Shown here one piece after another: positions 28,007 to 38,807 of a stretch of 64,000 bases of DNA. Location: positions 32,001 through 96,000 of IMG/VR virus record IMGVR_UViG_3300037225_000856, one strand, 5' to 3'. Source of the stretch: a virus. The notes below the pieces were generated by a model, which saw only the letters and a list, made by a program, of their open reading frames with translations, did no database searches and was not told the DNA's origin. The translations under genes were made by a program, and so were the position numbers. Position 1 is the stretch's first letter, and every line of letters begins with the position of its first letter.

Positions 28007-30169
28007 ATGAAAATAAAATCTATAAAAATATCAGGTCTTTTTATTTCGAGTCATTCTCCATCATTTATTTTGCAATTGACAACAACAACTGCTAATCAAT
28101 CTATAACATTACCACATTTACATGATGATGGTGCTGGTTATAATTATGTTCATAACTATACTGTTGATTATGGCGATAATTCAGGATTAAAAAAAGTAGT
28201 TTCATATAATGACACTAACTGTACTCATATTTATTCTACAATAGGGACCTATTTAGTTAAAATATTTGGGACGTGTGAAACATTTTATACTAATTATACT
28301 TCTATCAGATTACTTATTACCAAGGTATTATCTTGGGGTATGATTGGAATTAAAGTTGTTAGTTTTTGGGGATGTCAATTTATGACATCAATACCCCCTG
28401 ATATATTAGGTAGTTTTTCTTTAGTACAAACTTTTGGCGGAGGCGATACGTGGGGTTCATTTCAGGGATGTAATTCTTTAACGTCACTTCCGTTGGGATT
28501 ATTTGATCATTGTGTGTGGGCGTGGGATTTTGAAAGGACGTTTTACTCGTGTGGTAATTTAATATCAATTCCTGCAGGATTATTTGATCATTGTGTTATG
28601 GCTGCTAACTTTCACTATACCTTTGAAGGATGCAATTCTTTAACTTCAATCCCTGCAGGATTATTTGATCATTGCCCCGATGTTTTCACATTCAGACATC
28701 TGTTTGAGGCAACTGCAATATCATCAATACCTGCGGGTTTATTTGATCATTGCCCCATAGTAACAGATATGTCATATGTTTTTCGAGAATGTATGAACCT
28801 AACCTCGATACCGACTGGATTATTTGATCATTGCCCTCTCGTAGATGATTTTTCCTACGTATTTGAGGGTTGTATTAATATAAGTACTATTCCAGTTGAT
28901 TTATTTAAATATAATCTTAATGTATATAATTTTTACGATGCTTTTCTATCCTGCAGGTCTTTAACTTCAATCCCTGCAGGATTATTTGATCATTGCCAAA
29001 GCGTAACAACATTTTATGAATGTTTTTCACAGTGTTATGCTTTAACTGGTCTAGCTCCAGATTTATGGAATACGCACTCAGGTGCAACAGGAACTTTTTG
29101 TTTTTCTTACGATACTAGCTTATCTAATTATTATGATATACCTATAAACTGGGGAGGTCCTCCTGCAATGAGTGGTGATCCAGCATCATTAATTATATCT
29201 GTAATTTCGCCAACAGAAATAGATCTTTCATGGACGGATAATGTAACTAATGAACAAGGATATAAAATAGAAAGAAGTGTTAATGATGATTCTCACTATT
29301 CAGTTATAGATTCAATTCCAGCAAATTCTAATACATATACGGGTACATCATTAAATCCTTCTACTCTCTATTATTATCGTGTTAGGGCATATAAAGGCAG
29401 TAGTACATATTCTAATTATACTAATAGTGTGTCTGGAACAACGTATGTAATACCAATTGCTCCATCAGGGTTGACTGGTATTCCTTCAACTACAGAAGCA
29501 ACGGTAGATAATTTTACTTTTACTAATAATTCACCTAATTGTGAAGGAATAAGAGTATATATTTCACCTGATGGTGAAGAATGGTTTGAATTTATAGATA
29601 TTTCTCCATTATCTGGAGATGCTACGGGATTTTCTTTGACAAATCTATTTCCTCCCGATTTTTCATTAGGATATAGATATGTTAAAATTTCTGCTTTTAG
29701 TGGAACTCTTGAGTCTGGGTATTCAAATATTGTTGAGGGATCACAGTATGATGCTATAAATACAATTGGTACAGACACCGGTGATTTCACTACATTATAT
29801 GACGCTATTGATTTCATAAATGAAGGAAATGCTATTGGGAATATTCTATATAAGGTCATCGAAAATACTATTGAAACAGAATCAGTAATTCTTTACGAAT
29901 CAGGATATGAAGGTCTAAGCAGTTATGCATCAGTAATTATTTATCCTACAATATCAGGACTAACAATTTCTGGTAATATTGCAGGGGATTTAATAAGATT
30001 TGATCATACTGATAATGTTAATATAGACGGAAGGGTTAATCAGGCAGGGGCAGCGGATTTACATATTACCAATTCTCATTCAGGGTCTCCCGTTGCTGTA
30101 CATATTATCGGAGCCACAAACTCAGATGTTATTAATTGTATTTTAACTGGGTCAAAAATAATTGAATAA
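28007..30169 (+). CDS. BspA-like leucine-rich repeat + fibronectin type III protein (adhesin-like)
   Basis: PKD-like VDYGD start; about eight 26-aa F..C.SLTSIPAGLFDHC repeats; LSWTDN..NE.GYKIERS..YYYRVRA (FN3). Confidence 0.8.
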   Translation: MKIKSIKISGLFISSHSPSFILQLTTTTANQSITLPHLHDDGAGYNYVHNYTVDYGDNSGLKKVVSYNDTNCTHIYSTIGTYLVKIFGTCETFYTNYTSIRLLITKVLSWGMIGIKVVSFWGCQFMTSIPPDILGSFSLVQTFGGGDTWGSFQGCNSLTSLPLGLFDHCVWAWDFERTFYSCGNLISIPAGLFDHCVMAANFHYTFEGCNSLTSIPAGLFDHCPDVFTFRHLFEATAISSIPAGLFDHCPIVTDMSYVFRECMNLTSIPTGLFDHCPLVDDFSYVFEGCINISTIPVDLFKYNLNVYNFYDAFLSCRSLTSIPAGLFDHCQSVTTFYECFSQCYALTGLAPDLWNTHSGATGTFCFSYDTSLSNYYDIPINWGGPPAMSGDPASLIISVISPTEIDLSWTDNVTNEQGYKIERSVNDDSHYSVIDSIPANSNTYTGTSLNPSTLYYYRVRAYKGSSTYSNYTNSVSGTTYVIPIAPSGLTGIPSTTEATVDNFTFTNNSPNCEGIRVYISPDGEEWFEFIDISPLSGDATGFSLTNLFPPDFSLGYRYVKISAFSGTLESGYSNIVEGSQYDAINTIGTDTGDFTTLYDAIDFINEGNAIGNILYKVIENTIETESVILYESGYEGLSSYASVIIYPTISGLTISGNIAGDLIRFDHTDNVNIDGRVNQAGAADLHITNSHSGSPVAVHIIGATNSDVINCILTGSKIIE

Positions 30170-30245
30170 GAAAAATTTGACTATTATATTATAAGAATTG
30201 ATGAAAAGGAATTTTTATTAGTATTTATTAACAAACTACATAATT

Positions 30246-30413
30246 ATGAAAAATTTATTTGATAATTTTGAGATTAAATATCTTCCACTATATATTGGTA
30301 TGATAATTCTTATCGGTTGTATGCTTTATTTTAGTCAAAAACATATTCGTGAAGCAATTAAAGAAGTAAAAGCAAAAGAAAAAAAATCAATAACATTAAA
30401 AAAAAGTAAATAG
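30246..30413 (+). CDS. small single-TM membrane protein (55 aa, not in the ORF track)
   Basis: MKNLFDNFEIKYLPLYIGMIILIGCMLYFSQKH..K-rich tail; GTATTTATT at 30221. Confidence 0.55.
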   Translation: MKNLFDNFEIKYLPLYIGMIILIGCMLYFSQKHIREAIKEVKAKEKKSITLKKSK

Positions 30414-30437
30414 TAAAGAAAAATAAACCATATAATT

Positions 30438-30857
30438 ATGAATTACTCAACATTTGATATTAACAATTTCTTTATAAAAAAAGACAGTACGTTACCTGAA
30501 TTAAAATATCCCTTAATTCAACAGGTGAGAGAAAAATATAACATTACAGATGATATGCTTGAAAATTGTGCAATCACAGCATCTATGATAGATGCAGAAA
30601 CAGGTTTATATCGCATTGCAAATGTGCCAGCCAGTCTTGTTATTAATTATGACAGACTTGGCAAGCCATATGACGAAAAATATACTTTAGTTTATAAGTT
30701 CAAATTAAGAGATACAAAAAAAGCAGGAAGATATAAAATGGAGCTGGTTATAGACTTTTTAGGTGAGCAAATCGGTTGTGGTAAAATTAAATTACCAGTT
30801 GAAGGACAGATTAATGTTATTATATCAGACTCAATTACTAAAACAGATGTAATTTAA
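30438..30857 (+). CDS. BppU-like Ig-fold structural protein
   Basis: FFIKKDSTLP.L..Y.F..DT..AGRY..E..KIKLP..I.I.DS pattern. Confidence 0.5.
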   Translation: MNYSTFDINNFFIKKDSTLPELKYPLIQQVREKYNITDDMLENCAITASMIDAETGLYRIANVPASLVINYDRLGKPYDEKYTLVYKFKLRDTKKAGRYKMELVIDFLGEQIGCGKIKLPVEGQINVIISDSITKTDVI

Positions 30858-30859
30858 AC

Positions 30860-30890
30860 CTTGACAATCAAAAAAATTTAACTATCTTTG
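30860..30890 (+). promoter_or_regulatory. Bacteroidota promoter TTG-N19-TATCTTTG for the helicase/polymerase operon
   Basis: TATCTTTG 30883-30890. Confidence 0.65.
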
Positions 30891-30913
30891 CAATAATTTA
30901 ATTAAGATATTTA

Positions 30914-32719
30914 ATGGAATTGCCTGTTTTTATAGTATATGTAGAAAGAATTCCCAGAAGACTGGCATATTATTTAAGGTTTTCAATAAACGACCAATTA
31001 ATTCAGCGCATAAAAGAATTACCTCAAGAGACTCGTAAATGGAATTCAGTTATGATGGTATGGGAAGTTACAACGCCTTCATTATTGTCTCTTATTAAGA
31101 AATATAGAGGTTCGAATAAAATTCATTTTGATTTTGGCAATGAAGACAGTAGAAAAGTATTTATTCAACAAATTAAAAAAATTGAAATTGCTGAAGAAGA
31201 AAAACGTAAGTTCATTGCCGATCTTAATATTAAAAAAGAGCAGTGGGTACAATATAAACTGGAGTTAGAGGAAACTTATGAGAAATATAGCGAGCAATGC
31301 CATGCTTTATTAAACAAAGACATAAAACTTTATCCACATCAAATTACTGCAGCATTATTTATGAATGCCACTCGTAATACGTTAATTTCTCACGATATGG
31401 GACTTGGTAAAACACTTTCGAGTATCCTTTATGTTGAAATGAATAATTTTGAAAAGGTTATTGTCGTTACTCCTAAATCATTAATGTTCAACTTCTTTTA
31501 TGAGATTCAAAAATTCACCAGAAGTAATGCGCATATTATAAATTGGAAAAAAAATACTTGTTCTGTTGAGAATGCAAAATATGTTGTCATTAATTATGAT
31601 TTTTTTAATTCGGGCAGTAAAGAAAAATTTCAAGCAAAATGGAACAAACTAAAATTTGATAAAATTGACTGCGTTATTTGTGATGAATCCGTAAAAATTA
31701 AAAATACAAAAAGCAACACTTATAAAAATTTTAAATCGGTATTTAAAAAAAATATATTTAAAAACGAAAAAATCAGTAAAATTTTTCTTTCTGGAATTCC
31801 ATGTCCCAATTCTTCACAGGAACTTTATAGTGTTATGAATCAGATATCTCCAACAGATTTTGCAACTAAGAAATATTTTCTGGAATATTTTTGTGGATTA
31901 GTCTACGATTATAATAGTGGTTGGGGTTATATAAAAGATAGTGGTGAAGCCAAACTTGAAGAACTTTATCATAAAATAGAACCGTTTGCGCATCGAAAAA
32001 GGAAATTTGAAGTATTAAATCTTCCAGAAATAACATATCAAAGACTAATATTGGATATGGACGATAAAGAATATGAAACATATGAAAAAATAGAATTGGG
32101 TGTAGTTAACGAATTTATAGAACATCCCACGCATAATCCGCTTACTACTATGATTCGTCTTCGTCAGTTTTTATCATCATTAAAAATTAAACATGTGTTG
32201 GAATTGGTTGATACAATATTAGAAACAGGAGAAAAAGTTGTGATAGTAGATTTTTTTAAAGATAGTTTATATAAATTAAAAGAAAAACTTGGTAATGTTG
32301 GTGGTCTTCACACTGGCGACCAAACTCCTGAAGAACGTGCTGAAATCGTAAAACAATTTCAAGACCCTAATAGTGAAATGAAAGTTTTTATTGGCAGCAT
32401 ACAAACTGCTAATTTCGGATTAACCCTTACAGCAGCGTCAAAAATGTTTATTATGACATTACCCTATTCTGTTGGCGACTATGAACAACTTGCGAGTCGT
32501 ATACATCGAATCTCGCAACGAAATCCGGTAAGTATTTATCCCTTAATATATGATGATAATACAATAGATGGTCATGTATTTTCCGCCATTGAAAAAAAGC
32601 GAAAAGAAATAGTTAAAGTACTTGATAATGAAGACTATAAATCAAATGTTGAAGAATCTGTATTAGGTGAAGTAATTGAAAAAATAAAAGAAAAATATAA
32701 AAATAAATTACATAAATGA
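30914..32719 (+). CDS. SNF2/HARP(SMARCAL1)-like helicase
   Basis: LYPHQ, DMGLGKT, INYD, ICDES, LSGIP, GLTLTAA, R.HRISQ. Confidence 0.85.
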   Translation: MELPVFIVYVERIPRRLAYYLRFSINDQLIQRIKELPQETRKWNSVMMVWEVTTPSLLSLIKKYRGSNKIHFDFGNEDSRKVFIQQIKKIEIAEEEKRKFIADLNIKKEQWVQYKLELEETYEKYSEQCHALLNKDIKLYPHQITAALFMNATRNTLISHDMGLGKTLSSILYVEMNNFEKVIVVTPKSLMFNFFYEIQKFTRSNAHIINWKKNTCSVENAKYVVINYDFFNSGSKEKFQAKWNKLKFDKIDCVICDESVKIKNTKSNTYKNFKSVFKKNIFKNEKISKIFLSGIPCPNSSQELYSVMNQISPTDFATKKYFLEYFCGLVYDYNSGWGYIKDSGEAKLEELYHKIEPFAHRKRKFEVLNLPEITYQRLILDMDDKEYETYEKIELGVVNEFIEHPTHNPLTTMIRLRQFLSSLKIKHVLELVDTILETGEKVVIVDFFKDSLYKLKEKLGNVGGLHTGDQTPEERAEIVKQFQDPNSEMKVFIGSIQTANFGLTLTAASKMFIMTLPYSVGDYEQLASRIHRISQRNPVSIYPLIYDDNTIDGHVFSAIEKKRKEIVKVLDNEDYKSNVEESVLGEVIEKIKEKYKNKLHK

Positions 32720-33927
32720 TATTAGATGAATTTGTTAAAATACGTTGGAATGGTAATAATATAAAGCATTTATCTGAAAAGGGATATTTATTTACAAAAA
32801 ATAATGATTTTATATTTGTTAAAATTTCAGATTTAAAAAGGGGCAGTAATATTAAAATCCATGTGAAGTGTGATATTTGTGGTACTGAAAGATATGTTAA
32901 ATATCAAAGTTATGTTAAAAATATTAGTGGTTGGAATTTTTATGGTTGTTCACGCAAGTGTTCAATATATAAATATCAGGAAAATAATTTAAAAAAATAT
33001 GGTGTTGAACATCCCACTCAAAATAATGAGATTAAAAAAAGAACTAAGGAAACCAACATAAGAAAATATGGTGTTGACTGTCCATTACAAAATGAAATTA
33101 TTAAAAAAAGAGTTAAAGAAATTAATATTGAGAGGTATGGCGTTGAAAATGTAATCCAAAATGAAAAAATTAAAGAAAAAATTAAAAAAACCAATATTGA
33201 AAGATATGGTGTTGAAAATGCGAGTCAAAGCAAAGAAATTAAAGAAAGGGTTCGACAAAAAAATTTAATAATATTTGGTACAGAGTATGCTTCACAAAAT
33301 GCGGAAATTAAAAAGAAAACAGTTAAAACTAATTTAAATAAATATGGTACTGAAAGTCCGCAACAAAATGAAAAAGTTAGAAAAAAAACAAAAGAAACGA
33401 CTATGCTGAGATACGGTTGTGAAAATCCCTCCCAATTTAAAGAATTTAAAGATAAAAGAAAAAATACTGTAATGTTAAGATACGGTGTTGAATATATTAG
33501 TCAAAATGAAAATATTAAAGAAAAAATTCAAGAAAGCATGATTGAAAAATATGGGGAAGTGTGGGTTAACCAAATACCTAAATATAATATCAATTCAATT
33601 ATTTATTTAGATATGCTTTCAGAAAAACTCAACCTCCCTATTCAGCATGCGCTAAACGGTGGTGAAAAAAAATTTGTTAGATATTATGTAGATGGTTATA
33701 TTTCAGAATATAATATATGTATCGAATGGGACGAAAAACAACATGAAAATAATAAACAAAAAGAAAGTGATGTAAAACGTGAATCTTTCCTCAAAGAAAA
33801 TTTTAATTGTCAGATTATAAGAATTAATCAAAAAGAATTTTTGAAAGATGTTGATAATCAAATAAATCTGGTTTGTAATAAGATTAATAATTTTATAAAA
33901 AATAATTATAATGGCAAACCTATATAG
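32716..33927 (+). mobile_element. homing-endonuclease-like protein: KYGVE..Q repeats + Vsr-like nuclease
   Basis: CDICG..CSRKC, about ten TN.E.YG repeats, YYVDGY..IEWDE.QH. Confidence 0.7.
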
Positions 33928-34273
33928 TTGGGGTGGTAATCCGTTTCGTGACTATTTGCTTAATTCAATGTTATTGGACATTGATATTTCGAATAAACAA
34001 ACAAAAAGAGATATTAATAGTGCATTTAAATATTTTTTACAAAACATTTTGAATAATCCTAATGAAGTGGTATATTTGGATTTTGAAATAATAAAAAATG
34101 AAGGTTATTATAAACTCATTGGAAAAAATGCAATAAGTGCCTTATGGTTATGCGGTTATTTTCCAGTTGATGCCACAAACATAATGAAAAGTTGTATGTT
34201 TATTATTGGAAATAGAAAATATGAATACAACAAAAAAACGAAAGAGTTAACGTATACAATAATTCAGAATTAA
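33911..34273 (+). CDS. hypothetical protein
   Basis: 120-aa ORF coupled to the polymerase start (TAATG). Confidence 0.55.
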   Translation: MANLYSWGGNPFRDYLLNSMLLDIDISNKQTKRDINSAFKYFLQNILNNPNEVVYLDFEIIKNEGYYKLIGKNAISALWLCGYFPVDATNIMKSCMFIIGNRKYEYNKKTKELTYTIIQN

Positions 34274-37200
34274 TGGATAAAGTAAAAGTTTTAGGTGAAA
34301 TTAAAAGTTTTTTAGAAGGTTATAATAGTGATTTAAAGTATCTTGTAAATGTTGAAACAAATGTTGATAATAATTTTGCTGAATGTATTATACATGAACC
34401 AAATCAAGAGCCAAGAATTGAACATATAAAATATGAAAATTTCATGTATATGAAAGACTTATCAAAATTTGATCGTGAATTATATAAAGGTAAAGATAAA
34501 GAATATATTAATAGTCAAAAAATAAAACATGGAATTACAATTACCAAATTAAAAACTGGTAATGAAAAGAGATTAGTGGATGGGTATTGTTATAAGGTGA
34601 CAAGTTCCAGATCATATAATGATATTTTAAATTATTTTACAGAAGGTGGTACTAATCCTTTCGAAAAAGAAAAAGATAAAAATGGTAATTTTGTTAGAAA
34701 TAAAAAAGGTGATTTAGTTTATCCACAACGTAGTCTTTTTTATTCTGTAAAAACAACTGAACAATTCTTTATTTCAAGACAAGCAAGATTATATAAGGGA
34801 TTTGAAGAATATAAAAATGTTCATAGACTTACATTTGATATTGAAACTTTCGGTTTAAGATATCAAATTGCAAGAATGTTTGCTATTGGTGTTAGAGATA
34901 ATAGAGGTTTTGAAACTATACTTGAAGTTGAAAAATTGAATGATGATGAATCAGAAATAAAGTTAATACAGAAATTTTTTAATTTAATTATTCAATTAAA
35001 ACCTGCAATTGTATCGGGATTTAACTCTGAAATGTTTGACTTTGAATTCATTTTAGGTAGAGCTAAAATACTAAAAATGGATATGTCTAAAATTCCAACA
35101 GGATTCAAAGAAGGTATTCAATTAAAAAGAAAACCAAATACACCTGTTAAATATGGGAATACCCCTGATAAATATACCGCTACTGAAATGTGGGGAATTT
35201 CAATTATTGATATAATACATGCTGTAAAAAGAACTGCAGCAGTTAATAGTGAAATAAAAGCAAATGGTTTAAAATATATTGCAAAATTTGAAAAAATAGC
35301 AAAACCAAACAGAACATATATTAAAGGAGAAGACAATTCTATTGGTAAATTTTATTCAGATAATAAAATATTTGTTATTGATGAAAATAATAATTATTTG
35401 CAAATACCTGAAATGTATCAGGAAATTACAAAAAAACTTTATAATTTACAAATAGAAAAAGTAATATTATCTAAAGAAGAACATAATATAAAAAAAACTA
35501 ATATTCTTAAAGAAGCTCCAGACTTTGTTAAATGGTTCAGAAAAGAAGCACTTCCAAAAAAATTAACAACATTTATTGAGGGGAAAAATCTTGTAAAACA
35601 ATATCTTCTTGATGACTTATGGGAAACCGAACAGGTTGATGAATTATACAATCAATCATCATTTATGTTGGCTAAAATTGTTCCTACAACATATCATAGA
35701 ATTTGTACAATGGGTACAGCAGGAATTTGGAACTTACTTATGACAGCATGGAGTTATGAGAATAACTTAGCAATTCCATATCCAGATAAATATGAAAGGT
35801 ATTCAGGTGGATTGGCAAGATGTTATAAATCAGGATTTTCAAAAAGAATTGTAAAAATTGATTATGCAGGTCTTTATCCTGCAATACAATTAACTGAAGA
35901 TGTATTTCCAATATTTGATATTACTGGTGCTATGAAAATGATGTTGTTGTATCTTACAACAACTCGTAATATTTATAAAAAATTAGCAAACAGTACTGAA
36001 TTAAATTCTGAAGAAATTGAATTATTTAAACAAATCGACCCTGAAATGCATCATAAATTCATTAATAAAGAATTTACTCCTGCAGATATTGCAATGTTCA
36101 AAATTAAACAATTACCTATTAAAATTTTAAATAACTCACAATATGGCGCATTTGGTTCGAACGTTTCATTTAACTGGTCAGATAATATTTGTGCAGCACG
36201 TATCACATGTACAGCCAGATTACATTTAAGACATGCAATTTATTGGTTTAGCAAATTTAATTGTATTGCATTACTTGCAGTAACTGATGGTATAAATTTT
36301 CAATATCCTGAAAAAACAAACATTAGAATAACCGATGAGGGAACAATTGAGGGAACAATTGAGGGATTAATTGAAGAAATGTGGCAATATGGTGGTAAAA
36401 CTGGTATTAATGCTTTAATTGAGAAATACAATAAGGAGGAAATGACTGATAAAAATGAATCAGTTGGTAAGGGAAATTATATGTCGGTCGATAATGATGG
36501 AGAGGCACTTGCATGTTTTAATCTTTCAAGAATCAATTATGCAACATTATCACTGGTTAAAGATAAGAAAACTGATGAAATGAAAGAAAAAATCAAATTA
36601 ACTGGTAATACAATTAAATCTAAAATAATACCAGAATACATTGAAGATTTCATTGATACAGGATTAAATTTAATTCTTCATGGTAAAGGTAATGAGTTTC
36701 TTACCTACTATAATGAATATGCAAAAAATCTTTATCATCAACGAATTCCACTGAAGAAAATTGCAAGTAAGAGTAAAATAAAAAATAGTATAGATACTTA
36801 TAAAAAAAGAGGAAAAGATAAAAATGGTAGAGAAAAAGGAATGCAAGCACATATGGAATTATTGATTGAAAAAAGAAATAAGATTGCTGAAGAATTATTT
36901 GAAAAATATAAAACAACATTAGGACATGGCAAATCTAAAGAAAATTTATCAATTGATGAAAAAATGAAATTGGTTACTAATTATATGCCATCAGAACCTG
37001 AATTGGATAGCGTTGTTTATTATGTGAATACAGGTACTAAAAAATCGGAAGGTAATTCAAGAAAAATTGTTGTTAATAAAGAAACAGGCGAAGAAAGGTT
37101 TTGTGCAACATTAATCAGTACTGAAGATTTACAAGAAAATCCAAATATGACAGGTCAATATAATGTGGAAAGATATTTAGATGCTTTTAATAAAAGAGTT

Positions 37201-38040
37201 AAAGTACTTTTAGTTGGATTTGAACCAGAAACCGCTAAAAATTTTCTCTCTAAAATAGTAACTGCTAAAACTAAAGTAAATGTTGATGAACCAGTTGTTG
37301 ATGAATTAGTTAAAACTAAAAAGGTTAAAACTAAAACTAAAACTGTTAAAGAAATAAAATTTGAACAAGCAGATTCTACATTATTAAATTTGGAATTAAA
37401 AAATTTTGATCTTAATGACTTTGATGAATCAATGTATTTGGAAGAATTGGAAGTTAATTTTTGGAATAAAACAGGATATGACCCAAGAAAAATATGGAAT
37501 GGATTTAAAATGTTTGATGATAATAAAATTTATTATGAAATATATGATAATGCTTTAAAATATTTAAACGGATTAATGACTGCAAGTAATAAATCAAAAA
37601 TTAAATCAATAAATGATGAACATGAAAAGGGCGATCTAATTTTAATTAAAAATGGTGGTGAATATAATGTTGGCGCATTTAATGGTGTTTTTATTGAAAT
37701 AATCAAAGAAAATGTTGTTATTCCTAAAGGCGAACTCGAATTAGAATTTGATAAGAAAGAAGAGGAAAAAGCAAAAAAACTTAAAGAAACTGAGTTGGAA
37801 CAAGTAGAAAAAAACGAAGAAAAGAAAAATTTAGAAATTTTAAAAAATAAAAGAACAAAATATTTTAAACGATTTAAAAAACGCTTTAAGATTGCTGAAA
37901 ATATTACAATGGAGAAATTTTTAAAAACCGATGATGTAGCTCTTGATGATCTTGATTTGTATATTAGGCAAATGGAAGGTATAGAGGAAGAAGAAGCTAA
38001 TGAATATTTAGGTTTTGATATTGATAGCGAAACTTTTTGA
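34273..38040 (+). CDS. family B DNA polymerase with 3'-5' exonuclease
   Basis: FDIET, GFNSEMFD, YLLDD; IDYAGLYP, QLPIKILNNSQYG; motif C reads AVTDG. Confidence 0.92.
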   Translation: MDKVKVLGEIKSFLEGYNSDLKYLVNVETNVDNNFAECIIHEPNQEPRIEHIKYENFMYMKDLSKFDRELYKGKDKEYINSQKIKHGITITKLKTGNEKRLVDGYCYKVTSSRSYNDILNYFTEGGTNPFEKEKDKNGNFVRNKKGDLVYPQRSLFYSVKTTEQFFISRQARLYKGFEEYKNVHRLTFDIETFGLRYQIARMFAIGVRDNRGFETILEVEKLNDDESEIKLIQKFFNLIIQLKPAIVSGFNSEMFDFEFILGRAKILKMDMSKIPTGFKEGIQLKRKPNTPVKYGNTPDKYTATEMWGISIIDIIHAVKRTAAVNSEIKANGLKYIAKFEKIAKPNRTYIKGEDNSIGKFYSDNKIFVIDENNNYLQIPEMYQEITKKLYNLQIEKVILSKEEHNIKKTNILKEAPDFVKWFRKEALPKKLTTFIEGKNLVKQYLLDDLWETEQVDELYNQSSFMLAKIVPTTYHRICTMGTAGIWNLLMTAWSYENNLAIPYPDKYERYSGGLARCYKSGFSKRIVKIDYAGLYPAIQLTEDVFPIFDITGAMKMMLLYLTTTRNIYKKLANSTELNSEEIELFKQIDPEMHHKFINKEFTPADIAMFKIKQLPIKILNNSQYGAFGSNVSFNWSDNICAARITCTARLHLRHAIYWFSKFNCIALLAVTDGINFQYPEKTNIRITDEGTIEGTIEGLIEEMWQYGGKTGINALIEKYNKEEMTDKNESVGKGNYMSVDNDGEALACFNLSRINYATLSLVKDKKTDEMKEKIKLTGNTIKSKIIPEYIEDFIDTGLNLILHGKGNEFLTYYNEYAKNLYHQRIPLKKIASKSKIKNSIDTYKKRGKDKNGREKGMQAHMELLIEKRNKIAEELFEKYKTTLGHGKSKENLSIDEKMKLVTNYMPSEPELDSVVYYVNTGTKKSEGNSRKIVVNKETGEERFCATLISTEDLQENPNMTGQYNVERYLDAFNKRVKVLLVGFEPETAKNFLSKIVTAKTKVNVDEPVVDELVKTKKVKTKTKTVKEIKFEQADSTLLNLELKNFDLNDFDESMYLEELEVNFWNKTGYDPRKIWNGFKMFDDNKIYYEIYDNALKYLNGLMTASNKSKIKSINDEHEKGDLILIKNGGEYNVGAFNGVFIEIIKENVVIPKGELELEFDKKEEEKAKKLKETELEQVEKNEEKKNLEILKNKRTKYFKRFKKRFKIAENITMEKFLKTDDVALDDLDLYIRQMEGIEEEEANEYLGFDIDSETF
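36336..36366 (+). repeat. 12-bp in-frame tandem repeat in the polymerase
   Basis: TGAGGGAACAAT x2.6, encoding EGTIEGTIEG. Confidence 0.85.
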
Positions 38041-38078
38041 TATTGACAGCGATGATGGTACATTATAAACTTTTAATA

Positions 38079-38087
38079 GTATTTATA
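38079..38087 (+). promoter_or_regulatory. putative phage late-promoter motif GTATTTATA
   Basis: same motif is intergenic at 9559, 14901, 15989, 27450, 27966, 30221, 41308, 42494, 43249, 50555, 53600, 54905 and 58710. Confidence 0.6.
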
Positions 38088-38103
38088 AGAAAAATATGTA
38101 CTC

Positions 38104-38754
38104 ATGAAAATAAAAAAAATACAATTATTTGAAATTATCGATTCAAATGGTGAACTGATTGGAAAGAATGACGTACCTTCAACCGGTGCTGATTTAGAAT
38201 CAGGAGCAAACAATACTACAGACTATAACTCAAAAATTGGTCAACAACCATTCAGATACGACATGTTAGGAAGATTTGGGTTCACTTTACTTCCTTTCTT
38301 CGAAGGTAAAGAAGATCAGAGTCAAAAAGAATTATTAAAAGATTTAGCACAACTCATGCACGATAAGCACATAGATACTTTACAATATTATTATAAAAAT
38401 CCTAATCTCCTAAAGTCTGATTATAGAAAACATTCAGCAGGCGAAGAACATTCAGAACAGTGTGAAAAAGAAGATATTGCATGGGCAAGAAAAATCATCA
38501 AAGCCGTTGAACCACATTTTGAAAAAGCATTTAAAGAACCAATTGATGAAGTTGATTCTATAAATGAAGAAAAAATTGCCGAAGATAATGTAGCCGAAGA
38601 TAAACTTGTAGACAAAAGGGATGAAGATGAAATATCTCAAAAAGCTGAAGATAATGATATAAAAGACAAAAAACTTGAAAAGATTGCTGGTCTTATAAGT
38701 AAATTAGATCAACAGGATAAAGATAAGCTCGCAAACTTGTTAGAAAGAAAATAA
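38104..38754 (+). CDS. acidic hypothetical protein, possible head internal/scaffold protein
   Basis: MKIKKIQLFE leader, INEE..IAE..VAE sites. Confidence 0.5.
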   Translation: MKIKKIQLFEIIDSNGELIGKNDVPSTGADLESGANNTTDYNSKIGQQPFRYDMLGRFGFTLLPFFEGKEDQSQKELLKDLAQLMHDKHIDTLQYYYKNPNLLKSDYRKHSAGEEHSEQCEKEDIAWARKIIKAVEPHFEKAFKEPIDEVDSINEEKIAEDNVAEDKLVDKRDEDEISQKAEDNDIKDKKLEKIAGLISKLDQQDKDKLANLLERK

Positions 38755-38807
38755 AAATTTAAAAAGTTTATTGCAAATCTACATAAAATTTATATCTTTG
38801 TATAAAA

